A stretch of 20,000 nt of DNA from Rhizaria sp. SCN 62-66. Its lineage: Eukaryota. The DNA lies in the NCBI GenBank assembly GCA_001724265.1, contig MEDY01000133.1:47541-67540 (forward strand), given 5' to 3'. The translations under genes and the position numbers were made by a program. Below, piece after piece: positions 1 through 11,800 of the stretch (position 1 is the first letter of the stretch; each line of letters starts with the position of its first letter). The notes under the pieces are model-generated. The model saw only the letters and a program-made list of their open reading frames with translations. It did not search any database and was not told the origin of the DNA.

Positions 1-555
1 GCTGCTGCAGATGCCACGGGGCGACTTAACTTCTTCGATCTGCTGCGTGATACCGAGGCGCCTGTGACGGGGATCACGATCCGCGAACTCACGAGTACTG
101 GTGGCAACACCACCGCGGGTACGACCGGTACCGATAATAATAATAACAACAACAACAGCGTCGTGAGTGCCCTGGCGGTCGGTGCCATGGCCAAGGCTCT
201 CGGCCTCGGTCCGTCCGCCTCGGCAAGCGGCCTAACTTCCTCCGCCTCGGCGGCGGCAGGCGGCTTGACTTCCGACGGCGCTGCCCAGGGCGTGAACCGC
301 ATCGAGTGGTCAACCGACGGTGCGCATCTGGCTGTTGGCACCACTGCCGGCGCACTGCATATCGTAGCAGTCGGTGGCTCTCTGCTCAAGGTTGTTCCCA
401 AGGCTAGTGAGAGGCTGTCTGCACTGAAGCTGCGCCTGGCGTCTGGCGCGGCGGCGGCGGCGGCGGCGGAGGCAGAAGCGGACGCGCTTGCAGCGGCGGC
501 GGCGGCGGCTGGTGGGGCGACTGAGAGGAAGGAGGATACCCCGATCGCGGCTTAA
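1..555 (+). CDS. DYNC1I: Cytoplasmic dynein 1 intermediate chain (WD40), C-terminal part; 5' truncated by window
   Basis: Frame 1 is open from base 1: AAADATGRLNFFDLLRDTEAPV...GVNRIEWSTDGAHLAVGTTAGALHIVAVG..VVPK. This resembles, from memory, the last WD repeats of dynein-1 intermediate chains (DGMGRLDLWNLNNDTEVP...ALNRVRW..SG..IAVGD..G.I.IYDVG). It ends at TAA 553-555 with a drop in GC content afterwards. Confidence 0.78.
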   Translation, partial: AAADATGRLNFFDLLRDTEAPVTGITIRELTSTGGNTTAGTTGTDNNNNNNNSVVSALAVGAMAKALGLGPSASASGLTSSASAAAGGLTSDGAAQGVNRIEWSTDGAHLAVGTTAGALHIVAVGGSLLKVVPKASERLSALKLRLASGAAAAAAAEAEADALAAAAAAAGGATERKEDTPIAA

Positions 556-1732
556 CTTGGAGAGTTAGGGCAAAGGTGGCTTCGCTTCTTCGTACGATTG
601 TAAGGAGAGAGATTTTGACTGTGTACCGTTGTAATACGCTTTGTTTTGCTGTTCTATTTTGTTCTGTTTTTGTTTTCTTTCTTGCTCGACTTTTAAGAAT
701 GTTTCTATTGTTCGATCACCCTATTTGCGAAGATAGGATTGGCAAATGATCAAGTGTGTTGGACCGAATGTCTGAGTTGCTGTCGCCTTCGTGTGTCCCA
801 TCCGTGAGCAATAACACTTAAATTACGCTTATAAATACATGCATTGGTCCTAATACACGAAAACACGAGTGTTCTCGAAGTTTATCTGTTGTTTGTGCGA
901 TCGTGAGTACTGAAGTGTGAGGAAAGAGTGAATAGCTCAAAGAATACAAACATTTACAACGCATCAGTCAAACTTTTTAGACAGATCTACAAGTTATTTT
1001 GTACAATTCGAAAGTATTATGAATCTCAAAGCGTGTATACGGCTGCAAAGCATGGACGACATAAGTGTTCTACACTTGTGGTGATGTTAATAAATCGGTG
1101 CATATCCGCGGACAATGAACTCATAATGGTAAGAAAGTTGCATTCAGTCTAGTTAGGCATTGTTTTATATGTGACGTTTGTGTAGCATCGTGTGATACGC
1201 TTATTACGCCGAGATACGTATGATAATGTGCTCAATTTGCGGTTCTTACGTTTTCGCGGCTCTGACTGGCAGCGAGCTCCTTTGAATCGAAGACGGAGTC
1301 GTTGAATGGTTCTATAACTTCCACGATGCATAATATTGTAATTTATATCAAGAATTGATATTTCACTTTGGTTTAGTTTGTCACATTGCTATTGACGGTG
1401 TTTGCAGTTTGTTCTATTCAAAATTCGACTGTCATGCGCACTTCGCAAGTCAGCAAACTGGAACAAGCATAATTGCAGCTGTATCGCATCGCCACTGAGC
1501 CCCTAACCGAAACTAGATAAGCCCGCCAATATTAATCTATGTATAGAGCCTTTAACATACTTGTTGTGTTCTGTAGATATGCTTGTGTCGCTATAGAGAG
1601 CAAAATGCGTTTTGCCACAGGCACCACGCACCTCCCTGCTGTTCACCCTCACACGTTCGCTCACAACTCTCTCAAATCTCACACATTATCCCTATAAATT
1701 GATGTTGCCGCTTCTTATGGATGTCGAAAGTC

Positions 1733-3520
1733 ATGGCTGCTGAGCGTATTGCCGTTGGGCAATGGGTACACACGCTGGAGGCCGATCCTGCCTGGCTCGA
1801 GGTCGGTACGTCCCTCTCGAACAAACCCCATAAAACGTTCTCGACAGCCGCATTAAAAACGTTTCTTAGCAAAACCGCGTTGCCCAGATATGAGCCCTAT
1901 AGATTTTATATCTGATAGCATAGTACGTATCTTTAAAGTGCTTATATAAATGAAATAATCTTGTTTTTGTCTACTTAGAGAACCGTCCCTGGGCGAACGA
2001 AAACGCGCGTTGGACCCACTCCGGCTGCGTTGGCTACGATTTCGTTAACTTTGACCCCCGTGTCAAGATGCGTTTCTTCTGGAACGAGTCTACACAGACG
2101 TTGGCGGGCACGGTTGACTGGGACGAGACCACTGAGGGCCCTCCGAAGGGCGCGCACGGTACGTTTGAATGTCCACACAAAACAAACTTTATATTCACCT
2201 TAATCATCTTGAATTGATCAATTTTTGGGGTATGTGGTGTATTTCTACGTGTGCGTTTGTGTATTTTTGTTTCATTATTGTATGCCCTAATTTAATCGAG
2301 ATTATTTCTTGTTTGTTATTTTCATCATGTGATGCTCCTCTAGGTGCCAGTATCATGATGGTGTTCGATGAGATTCTCGCTTACCCTGTCTGGCGCTCCG
2401 GTGTTCCCGCCTTCACCGCAAACGTCAACATTAACCTCCGCAAGATGGTACGTGATCTCCGCCTCCCTTTTCTGTTGTATCACTGATCCTGGGCTTCTAG
2501 TCACATGGCTCCGTATACTGGTTTATCTCACGTCATTCCTGACTTCTTACCGGTGGCTGCGTTGTATAGGTTCCCTTCAACACTGCGGCCCGCTTTGAGT
2601 CCCGCGTTGCCCGCTCTGAGGGCCGCAAGCGCTTCTTGGAGGGCGCTATTTACTCTGCCGACAAGAGCATTAAGGTACAAATCGTAGACTTTAACATCTT
2701 AAAGATTGCATACTGCACTTAAAATACGATATAACATCAATTGCGTGTATTTCTGCATGTATGCAAGATATTTCTCGGAACATTGAGATATCTCGACGTC
2801 TTTTCACTTAAATATCGTCCCGTCATCACATTATCATCACTTTTTGATCACTTTTGCGCTTAGTATGCTGATGCGACTGGTCTCTGGGTCGTCTCGAACG
2901 GCATTGGTGGCTCTTTCGCAGTCTGGGGTGAATCCCTTGCTCAAGACGCCGCTCGTAACGCTTCCACCCTCACAATTGCTCCTAGTTCGAATACTGTGAC
3001 GGATTCCAGCGCTAGCGCCGGTGCCGCTAGCGTCAGTTATGTGATCACTGACCCTGCTGCCCGCGCTTTGTCGCATCCTTACGCGCCCTCCGCCGCCACA
3101 GACGCCGCCCCCGGCCGCATTGCCCAGCTCACGCACGCCGAAGCCTCGGCCGCGGCCTCTGGCGTCGCGCCCACGGTCACTCAGAATGGCGGCAACAACC
3201 CCTCCGCTGGGGCCGCTGCGACTGCGAGCGGAGCGGCTTTGCCAGTGGCAGCGGATGGTGCGGGCCAGTCATACCGCCACTGGGTGTCCCCACCGCCGCC
3301 GCGCGACCGCGTTCTGCCTTTTTCCCGCGCTTCCCCGGCCGCTGAGAGCTACATCTCGGCCTACGAAGCCGCCGCGAGGGAGACGGAGCGTCTGGCGGGG
3401 CCGGCCGGGTTGTTTGGCCGGGCGGTCTATCGCCAGGCGCTGCCCCCGCCGCCGTCAGCGTTCGCGGTTGCGGGGGGCAGCGCAGGCGCGGCGGCGGACA
3501 GGCTGGTTGCGCGGCTGTAA
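1733..3520 (+). CDS. Hotdog-fold acyl-CoA thioesterase (PaaI/THEM4-like), 5 exons, ~372 aa, C-terminal PTS1-like ARL
   Basis: Exons 1733-1805, 1979-2158, 2344-2447, 2570-2674 and 2864-3520 join in frame via GT-AG introns. The spliced protein contains EGPPKGAHGASIMMVFDE (GPP..HG...FDE motif), AFTANVNINLRKMVP, EGRKRFLEGAI and YADATGLWV. An alternative in-frame ATG lies at 1721. Ends ...LVARL-TAA. Confidence 0.85.
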
Positions 3521-3655
3521 GTGGCGGGATGAGCGCAGTCTTGCATGGTAAATCAGGCGTTGAGAGAGGGAAAGGAAACTCGTCGTCGTGAAGCATGGAG
3601 GGGGGTGGATTGGCGTGTTGGGCAAGAACAGAGTGGAAACGTGATGGCTGTATGG

Positions 3656-3661
3656 AATAAA
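3656..3661 (+). promoter_or_regulatory. Candidate polyadenylation signal AATAAA for the thioesterase gene
   Basis: AATAAA ~135 nt after the TAA stop, followed by GT-rich sequence; the hexamer alone is weak evidence. Confidence 0.25.
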
Positions 3662-5022
3662 CAGCGCACTATTGTGAATATAGAGCTGTCTCGGTGATTG
3701 GTAGTGTTGTTTAAGTTTGACATGTGAATGGGAATGGGTGGATATTCTGCGTTTAAACGGGCTAACAGGTGTTGAGCAGAGGAGCAAGTCACTCAAATAA
3801 GTAGGAATATGCACGGCAATATGATATCTGGTACTAGTACCACTTTTGTAGAAGTAATAAAAAGAACAACAGAACGCATGTCCGAGAAAGTGGGATGTTC
3901 AAGTGACACTAACGTGGACAGTGACAAGGTTTTGATTGGAGGAACGATCGTTAGTAACGCATGCACTAAAGCGCGAAAAACGGCACCATGCTCTGATAAT
4001 ACGCGCAATGAACAAACAAAATTGCATATCCTGATAGAACAGACAACGATACATCTTCTGCCGGAGGTTGCAATGTTGCATGCGTCAGGTTGACAGTGTA
4101 CGAGCGCAAGAAATAGCTTGCACGTAGCAGGAGCGAAGATGGCGCGAGAACGAATAATGCGTGAAACACTGCATGGATCGGCGTTCTTTGTACCTTGTGA
4201 CGCATTTAAATGCGCAACACAACCGGTGGTTTCTTGCGCGCGTGAAGGATGCACGACTCTATGATTTCGTAGTCAGGAATATCGAGAAATCTACCTGTCA
4301 CCGGGAGTGCTCGCAGACGCGGCAGTTATCTTGAGCAATTTTTGCCCGGCAAATCTCAAAACATGCGTGACTCTTCAGTGAAAGAAAGTTACAGAAAATG
4401 GTGATTCAATGCGGTGTCTGTCACAAGTGCGTCGTGAAATCTCATTTCATGTCATTTGCAGAGCGCCAAAACGAATTGAAGTCGCTCTTCCCAGTCAAGT
4501 GTCCATGTACAGTTCGTGCGATGCGGGCAATCGCCACCATCACTTTTTGTTTTCTGCTGCCACACTCGGCGGGCGATTTGGTTCCCGCCCTGATATGCGT
4601 CGTAGAGCGCGATTATATTGCTGATTGTGCAATGATTAGTAGCTGGTGTTGTCTATGGAACAGAATTTACTGCACTTGTATCTCGTCGGTATCGGTATTC
4701 CTTGATCTTCTTGACCCAGTCCGAGAGTTGAGCTTCCTTGCCCGAGCACTTTGTTAGTTTGCCTCTACGACTTTGCCACGGCGGCAACCAACCATCATTA
4801 AGTGATGCTCATTTTCTCCCCTGTCTTTCCTATCCCCGCGCACATGCAGCACGACAAACTGCGCAAACAACCGCGCTCACCAACCCTCTCGGTGCTTCCG
4901 TCTGCCCCAGCCCCAACTTCCATCCCGACTTGCGGTGCAATCTTTCTTTTCACATTGATCTCCCACCGCGCGGGCGTGCTACCTTTTGCTTCTCACGGCT
5001 AACCCCGGCGTGTTTTAACGTC

Positions 5023-5482
5023 ATGGACCGTAAGTCCGACTCGGACGCGCTGCGCGACGCACGCAGCCTCCCAGACTCTCGCGACTAGACTGCTCGAGAA
5101 GCTACGCTCCACACCCATCCGCCCACTGCAACTCAGCCCCCGTCGCCGTCTCCACAGCTGCAACAGTCGCAGCAACCACCACCGCGCCGTGATGCGCCGC
5201 CCGACGACCCTTCTGCCGCTGGCGCTGCCCCTGCCGCTGCTCCTGCTGCTGCTGTTGTAGCGCTTGGCGGTGATCCTGGCTCTACTGGCAGTGCAGCTCC
5301 GGTGGGAAAGCAAGCCGTCACGACAACAACTACGGTGACGGCGACTACGCCTGCACTGGTGGTGGCGGCCGCGGCGCCTGTCGCAGCAGCATCCGCCCCT
5401 GTTTCTGCAGTTGCTGCGCACGCTCCCATCGCTCACGCTCCCGTCGCGGCTGTTGATGCTGCTGCTGCTGCTGATGCTGCTG

Positions 5483-5543
<61 letters not shown>

Positions 5544-5798
5544 GGGGACTGCATCGGCGACGTCGAGCCTCGACGTAAGCGCGGCTGCGTCAGCTGCTGC
5601 GACTCCGGCCGCCGTCGCCGCCACCACTGCCGCCGACTTCGCCGCCACGACTGACAGTGGCGCCGACAGCGCGCGCGCGAGCGGCGCACCGAGTATGCGC
5701 GCCAACAACACGGCCGCGACCGCTGCGGACCCGGCTGTGGCGACGACGACGGCTAGCCCCGGTTCTGCTGCTGCGAACGTCCACAACAGCAATTACCA

Positions 5799-5830
<32 letters not shown>

Positions 5831-8800
5831 CGTCGCAGCGTGTGGGGGCGGCTGTCCGTTCCCACAGCGCATCAGCAAGCGCTCCGACCACCGCAGCAAC
5901 AGTCGCTGTATCAGCAGCAACAGCAACAGCAACAGCAGCCGCGAGCAACATGAGTGTGAATCATGCGCACATGACCAAAGCGTCTGTGCTGACTCCTGTG
6001 TCCGCGCCTGCGCCTGCGCCTGTGGGCACTTTGAGTGACCCTACGGCGGAGGCAACGATGGCTAAGGCTCAAGCGAAGGGGCAGAGTGACGGTGTGATGA
6101 CACCGCAACAGCAGGATCTTATCAACCAACGGCACCACAACTACATCTACTAGTACGTCAGCGTCTCTTAAATAGCGTTCTTATGTCACAATAATATTTT
6201 AAGGGCTCTTTAGGCGAATGCAGGTTGCATTTTCTTTAGTAGGCGCGAAAGCACGTGCACTCGAAACCACACTTTTAGAACGTGTCTTCGATATCAATCG
6301 ATTATGTTGATGTATTCTTGTGTTAGTGTATGATTATCTAACAACATTTGACTTCACGTTGATATTTTTTCATATATTTAGCTTTCGCACCCGTCTGTGC
6401 CCTGCTGCCTCTGCGGCCGCCGCTGCCGCCGCTGGCTCTGGCTCCAACTCTGTTGCCGACGTCATCGGTTGCCCCTTGGACCGTAACGAGTGCTCTGACG
6501 CTCATACGGTCTACCACTTACGCAGGCAACCCTTGCTCGTACGTCGTCACCGATTCGATTCTAAGTGCTTCACTAGTCAGCAGCTAAGTGAACCTCGACT
6601 TGTGACTCCACTTAAGTTTGACAATCACGTTCTCATCTTTCTGAATTAATTTCTTTGTTTTTGTGTTTATTAATTGCAGGACTTGCGGTACGGCCAGTAC
6701 CCGCACCCCTTGGGCCCCGCCGCCCCGCTGTGGTCTTACAGCGCCGTGCCCTGCCTCTTCTTCTCTCTCACCGACTGCCCTTTTGGCGCCCACTGCCCGT
6801 TTTCACATCGGGCACAGCTGGAGTCGGCGTATCACCCCAGCGTGTTCAAGTCGCAGATGTGTTCCGCGCCCTTAGACCCGCTAAGCACCCCCTTAGAAGG
6901 TCTAAGTACTGGGCACGGTGATGCTGATACCAGCAACTGCGGGCTTTTCTGGTGCGCTGCCTATGGTAAGCATTGCTCCAAGGCCCACAGTCCGGCTGAG
7001 CTCCGTTTCCCTCCCAACACCACCACGGGTACCCCCGCTGGTACTGGCACTGAGCCCGCCGCGGGTTCCAGCGGCAGCGGCAGCGTAAGTGCTTCCTCTG
7101 CGACTGTTGCTGCCGCCGCCGCCGCTGGCACTGCTCCCCAGGGCCACTCTGACTGTCTCCCTGACCCTCCCCAACACCGGACACTGCTGCAAGCCGTGCG
7201 TGAAGTCCTCTTCCGCCGTCTGTTGACCGACAGTGACCGTGCTGCCGTGAAGCGGTTCGGACATCTCAGAGGCCGTGGCGAGTGGGCGAACGTGCGCCGG
7301 GCGCCGGAGCTGGCGGATATCTACACAGCTGCACTTGCCACCCTCAATCTCAACAGTAATAACAACAACAATAGCAACAACAACAGCAACAACAACAGCA
7401 ACACCAACGCTAGCTTGATTCCTACTGCAACGATCCCTAGTAGTCACACCCTGGGGGGTGTTTCGAGCAGCAACAGTTACCAGCAACAGCATCAGTACCA
7501 GCAGCAGCAACTGCAACAGCAGCAACAACAACAGCAACAGCAGCAGCACAACATCAGCGGATCCTTGCAAAACGCGAGCGGGTTAACTTCGAGCTTCGCG
7601 ACAATGGATGCAAACAGCAGTCGCGCGAGTAGTCGTCCTGACTCGCGTCTAAGTGCGCACAGTCACCAGCACTTACCCTACCACGTCCAGCAGCAGCAGC
7701 AGCAACAGCAGCAACAGGCTGCCGGCAACGCTGCTGTTGCGGCTGCGGCTGCTCACGGTCACCCTGCGAGTGCTTCTGGCGGCTTCGGTCAGCATATGCT
7801 GCACAAGGTGCCGTCTTTCGGCTCCCACAGCCACATTCACAGTCATACTGCGTCCCCTGCGCACGGTCACAGCCATGCGCACAGTCACCCTGCCCACGGT
7901 CAGTACGCACCGCCTCTGGGCGCTGACAACGTGGCCGCTGCTGCTGCGTATCAGCAGCAGCAACAGCAGCAGCAGCAGTACCAGCCGCATTATTACCTGC
8001 CGCCGCCTTCTTCGCAACAGCAACAACAACAGCAGCAGCATCCTCAGCAGCAACAACCGCCGTCTCAGCCACCGGCGCAGTTGCAGCGCCATCAACCGCT
8101 GCAGTTACACCGGCGTACCCACAGTCACTCGTCCACGAGCACCAACGCGAGCACTTCATCAGGCGCCCACGGTCACGCTCACGGTCACCCTGCTGCCCAC
8201 GGTCTCGGTCATCCGACTGCTCACGGCCACGGCCACCCAGGTGGGTATCTGTACCCGCATCCTTCCGCTGGCTCTGCACACGGCCACCCTGCTGCTCACG
8301 GTCACCCGGCGGCTGCCCACGGTCACCCGACTGCGTACGGCCACTCCTCTGTGCCTCAGAGTGCGAGTGGTCCCACTGGTGGTCGTTTGCGGTCTGCGGC
8401 AGCGTCCGCGGCCGACTCCCGCTCTCTCGTGCACCTCATGAGTACTGCGACACACGTGGCCAGCGCGCACGCCGATGCTGACGGACCAGACGCAGATGCT
8501 GCGGACGTTCCAGACGCCGGCGCTGAAGCCTCCGCTGCCGCTGCCGCGGCCGCTGCTGGTGCTGGTGCAGTTGCGCCAGAGAATCCTCCAACACCCGCCA
8601 CTGCGACGATCATTGTCACTGGTGCGGACCACGAGTACGCTCACGGTCACCCGGGTACTTCTGCTGCTCACGGTCAACATGGTACTCACGGTGCCCACGG
8701 TCAGCCGCCGAGTGCCGCGGATGCGTACAGTGCGATGCTAGCTGCGTCTAAGGGTGGCGCCACGGCGGGTACTTACACGGAAGTAAGTGGGGCCCAGGTG

Positions 8801-11800
8801 GCGCCGGTGTACTTACACCATGCTAGCGGGTACTTACAGCACCCTCAGCAGCAACATCAGCAGCAGCAGCAGCAGCAGCATCAGCATCACTTGCAAGAGT
8901 ATCCGTACAATGCAAGTCACAAGGGCAGTCACATTACACCCAACAGCAATCCTGACTCCATTGCGTTCGTGGCTCCTGCTCCTGGCTCTGGCTCCGCTGC
9001 TGCTAGTTCTGGCTCTGGTTCTGCGACGTCCTCGGCGAACGCCGGCGCTCTCAGCGGCGGCAACGGCCACCATCGGCGCCACAACTCTGCCGCGTTTGCA
9101 TTCCATAACAGCGGCGCGAACAGCTCTAACTCGAGCGCGAATTCGAGCATGTACGTGAACAACGCGAGCTCGAGCGGCGCAGTTGTCGCCGCCGCTGTTG
9201 CTGCAGCAGCGCAAAGCCGCTTCATTAGCCATAGCCGCAGCCACAGCCAGAGCCAGAGCCAGGGCCAGCCGTTTGCTGGCATGGGTACTCATGGCGCTTA
9301 CGGTCACTTGTCTGCGCACGGTCACTTGCAACTCTCGCGCGGGCATACGCCGAATCTGAACAGCAGCAGTCTAAGTACCCCCTTAACCACTGCTGCGACA
9401 GCGCCCTTAGACGACATTGAGCTTCGGAGTATGTCGATCGCAACTCTGCTCGCCAACGCGCGCCACCATCTAAGTAGCACTCCACAGGGGACACACACGA
9501 GCCCTGCGGCGACGGGGGCGAATGGTGCTGCGACGACCACTGTCAGTGTCAGTGTGCAGAGTAGCGGTGGCGCGGTCATGACGATGGGCTGCAACCGGAA
9601 CAACTGCTCGTGCTGTAGCGATGTTCCACTCTCTTCTGAGTCAGCAGTGCCTCAGCCGACAACTGCGACGACTGCGACAACGTCGACTGTTTCTGTGCCT
9701 GCTCTTGTGCCTGACAACAGGAACAAGACTACGATGGCGAATAACGCCAACAACAACGATATTAAGAACGCCAACATCACCACGATTACTACCACGGCCG
9801 CAACCAACGCCACGGATGATACCGGCGCTGCGGTTGCCGTTGGCAACAACAATAACAACACTAGCAACAACAACACGGCCCCTCGCATTGCTTCTGACGC
9901 TGTGATTGCTTACAAGACTGAGACTAAGCCTGAGATTACCACGACTAAGGCTGATACGACTGAGACTGTAACTGTACCTGAGCCTCCTACGAACGACAAC
10001 GAGATTGAGGCTCTGATTGATACTTCAGCGACTGAGACCAATCCGATGATTAAGACGGATTCTGATTATGTCTCAGCTTCCGCCTCTGTGTCGGCTCCCG
10101 CGACTTTAACTGCAACTGCAACTGTTCCTGTGTCCGTGACCGTGCATGTGCCTGTGACCACACCTGTTGCTGCTGACGGCAACGTAGCTGATCCTATTGA
10201 TGACCCTGTCTGTACCTGCAACTCTATCGACAGCACGAACGCTGCTGCCGCTAACGTCGGCACTGCTGACTCGGGTGTTTTCAACGACAACAACACCATC
10301 AAGACTGAGTCGACGACTGTTCCTGAGGCTGAGACTGCAGTTGCCGCTGCAACCAAGCCTTCCGAGGCTGAGGCTGAGACTGCGATCGAGACTGCAACTG
10401 CAACTAAGACTACTAAGGCGGAGACTGCTGTTCCTCAAACGACGGACAAATGCAGTTTAGTCGTCGAGACTACTACTGACCCCGACCTAAGTACCCCTGT
10501 GGCGGCCGCCACGAACAGTCAAAGTACCTCGTGCGCCAACTCTAAGTGCATCCTGCGCCGTTTGCAGGATTGGCAGTCCCGTGAGGCGCCTGTCCACTTG
10601 GAGGTGATGCTCCACTACCAAACACGCGTGTGCAAGGGGTATTTAGACGGCGGCTCCTGCCCCTTACCGGCGTCTGAGTGTTTCGACACGCACGGCCCCG
10701 TCCCCTTACGCAGGGTTCCACGTATAAGTGCTTCAGGTAAGTACAACTACTACCCCGTCCGCTGTCGTCCACACAGGACGGCGCTGCTTGCTCTCACGCT
10801 TGCCAACAACAAGAACTCCGCCTCAGCCAACGCCAGCGCTAACTCAAACGCCACCGCCAATGCTCACAATGCAAGTGCGAACGTACATAGTGTCGATGCG
10901 GGGAACAGTTTCGGCGACAGCCATAGTAACTACCACCAGCAGCACAGCATCAGCGACTCGGTCGTCAGTGGTCACAGCACAGCCACACTGTACGCGGCGA
11001 GTAACAACATCAGCGCTGTGTCGGCCGCGGCGGCGTTACTCAAGAACGTCAACGGCTGCGGCGGCGCCGACTGCACGCACGCGCACAGTGGCGAAGAAGT
11101 CGTCTACCACCCGTCTAAGTACAAGACGCAGCTCTGCTCTAAGTACCCCCTTACCGTCGGCGCGGGGCCTAAGTACCTCCTGAGCACTTCTGATCACACC
11201 GCGGCTGAAATGTCGACCGCGAATGTAAGTGCCGAACATCTGAGTACCACGGACCACCACGCGAGCAATGTCCACAATCCTAACAGCACTATCATTGGCA
11301 GCGCGGAGGTGACTCCCGTTGCCGGTGTTCACAGTTCTAGTCCCAGCGCTAGCCTCACTGCTGCCGAGATTGTCATGGGCGCTAGCGCTGACTCTGCCGT
11401 TGGCTCCGGTTCATCTAGCTCCAGCTCCAGTTCTAGCTCTGGCTCTGGCGCTGCTGCTGCCCCAGGCGCGGACGCTGACGCGGGCGCGGGCGCTGGTATC
11501 AACTCTGGTACTGGTGTCGGGTCTGGATGTGAGCGTTTTGGTGGCTTTTGCGCCCGCGCCCACAGCCAATCCGACCTCCGCTCCCCCGTGCTCGACTTGA
11601 CTCTGCTCGCCAAGGCCGCTGCGAGCGCGCTCAACGCCGCCAGCGTCGCGACAACGGCCGCGACGGCGACGGCGGCGGGATGCGGGAGTCCAGCCAACAG
11701 CATCAAGACCACGCGCAGTGCCACCGCGAAATCGGGCAAGAAGCAGCAGGATAAGCAGCACCCTGGTGCGACGACCGGTGGTGGCGGCCGCAGCAACGCG

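Noticed and set aside
564-1506. TTAGGG / CCCTAA telomere-like hexamers
   Set aside because: Single isolated copies, expected by chance.
2978-2997. tRNA T-loop-like GTTCGAAT (possible suppressor tRNA)
   Set aside because: Lies inside the thioesterase exon with no cloverleaf; no tRNA, rRNA, CRISPR array or transposase seen in the window.
553-3532. Ciliate-type code (TAA and TAG both Gln, only TGA stop)
   Set aside because: It would extend genes into AT-rich non-coding-looking sequence and destroy the C-terminal ARL PTS1; three other genes end neatly at TAA.
3553-4800. Short ORFs in the intergenic region upstream of the Unkempt-like gene
   Set aside because: AT-richer, lack the codon style of real exons, and no motifs recognised.
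5030-5088. GTAAGT...TAG as a 59-nt intron removing the first TAG
   Set aside because: From ATG 5023 it shifts frame into a TGA about 100 nt later. The alternative CAG acceptor leaves the TAG in frame. The segment is GC-rich and has +4A, unlike all other introns.
6151-6153. Apparent third in-frame TAG ending ORF 5302..6153
   Set aside because: It spans the exon/intron boundary (TA|GTACGT); splicing yields TAC (Tyr) and restores the zinc finger.
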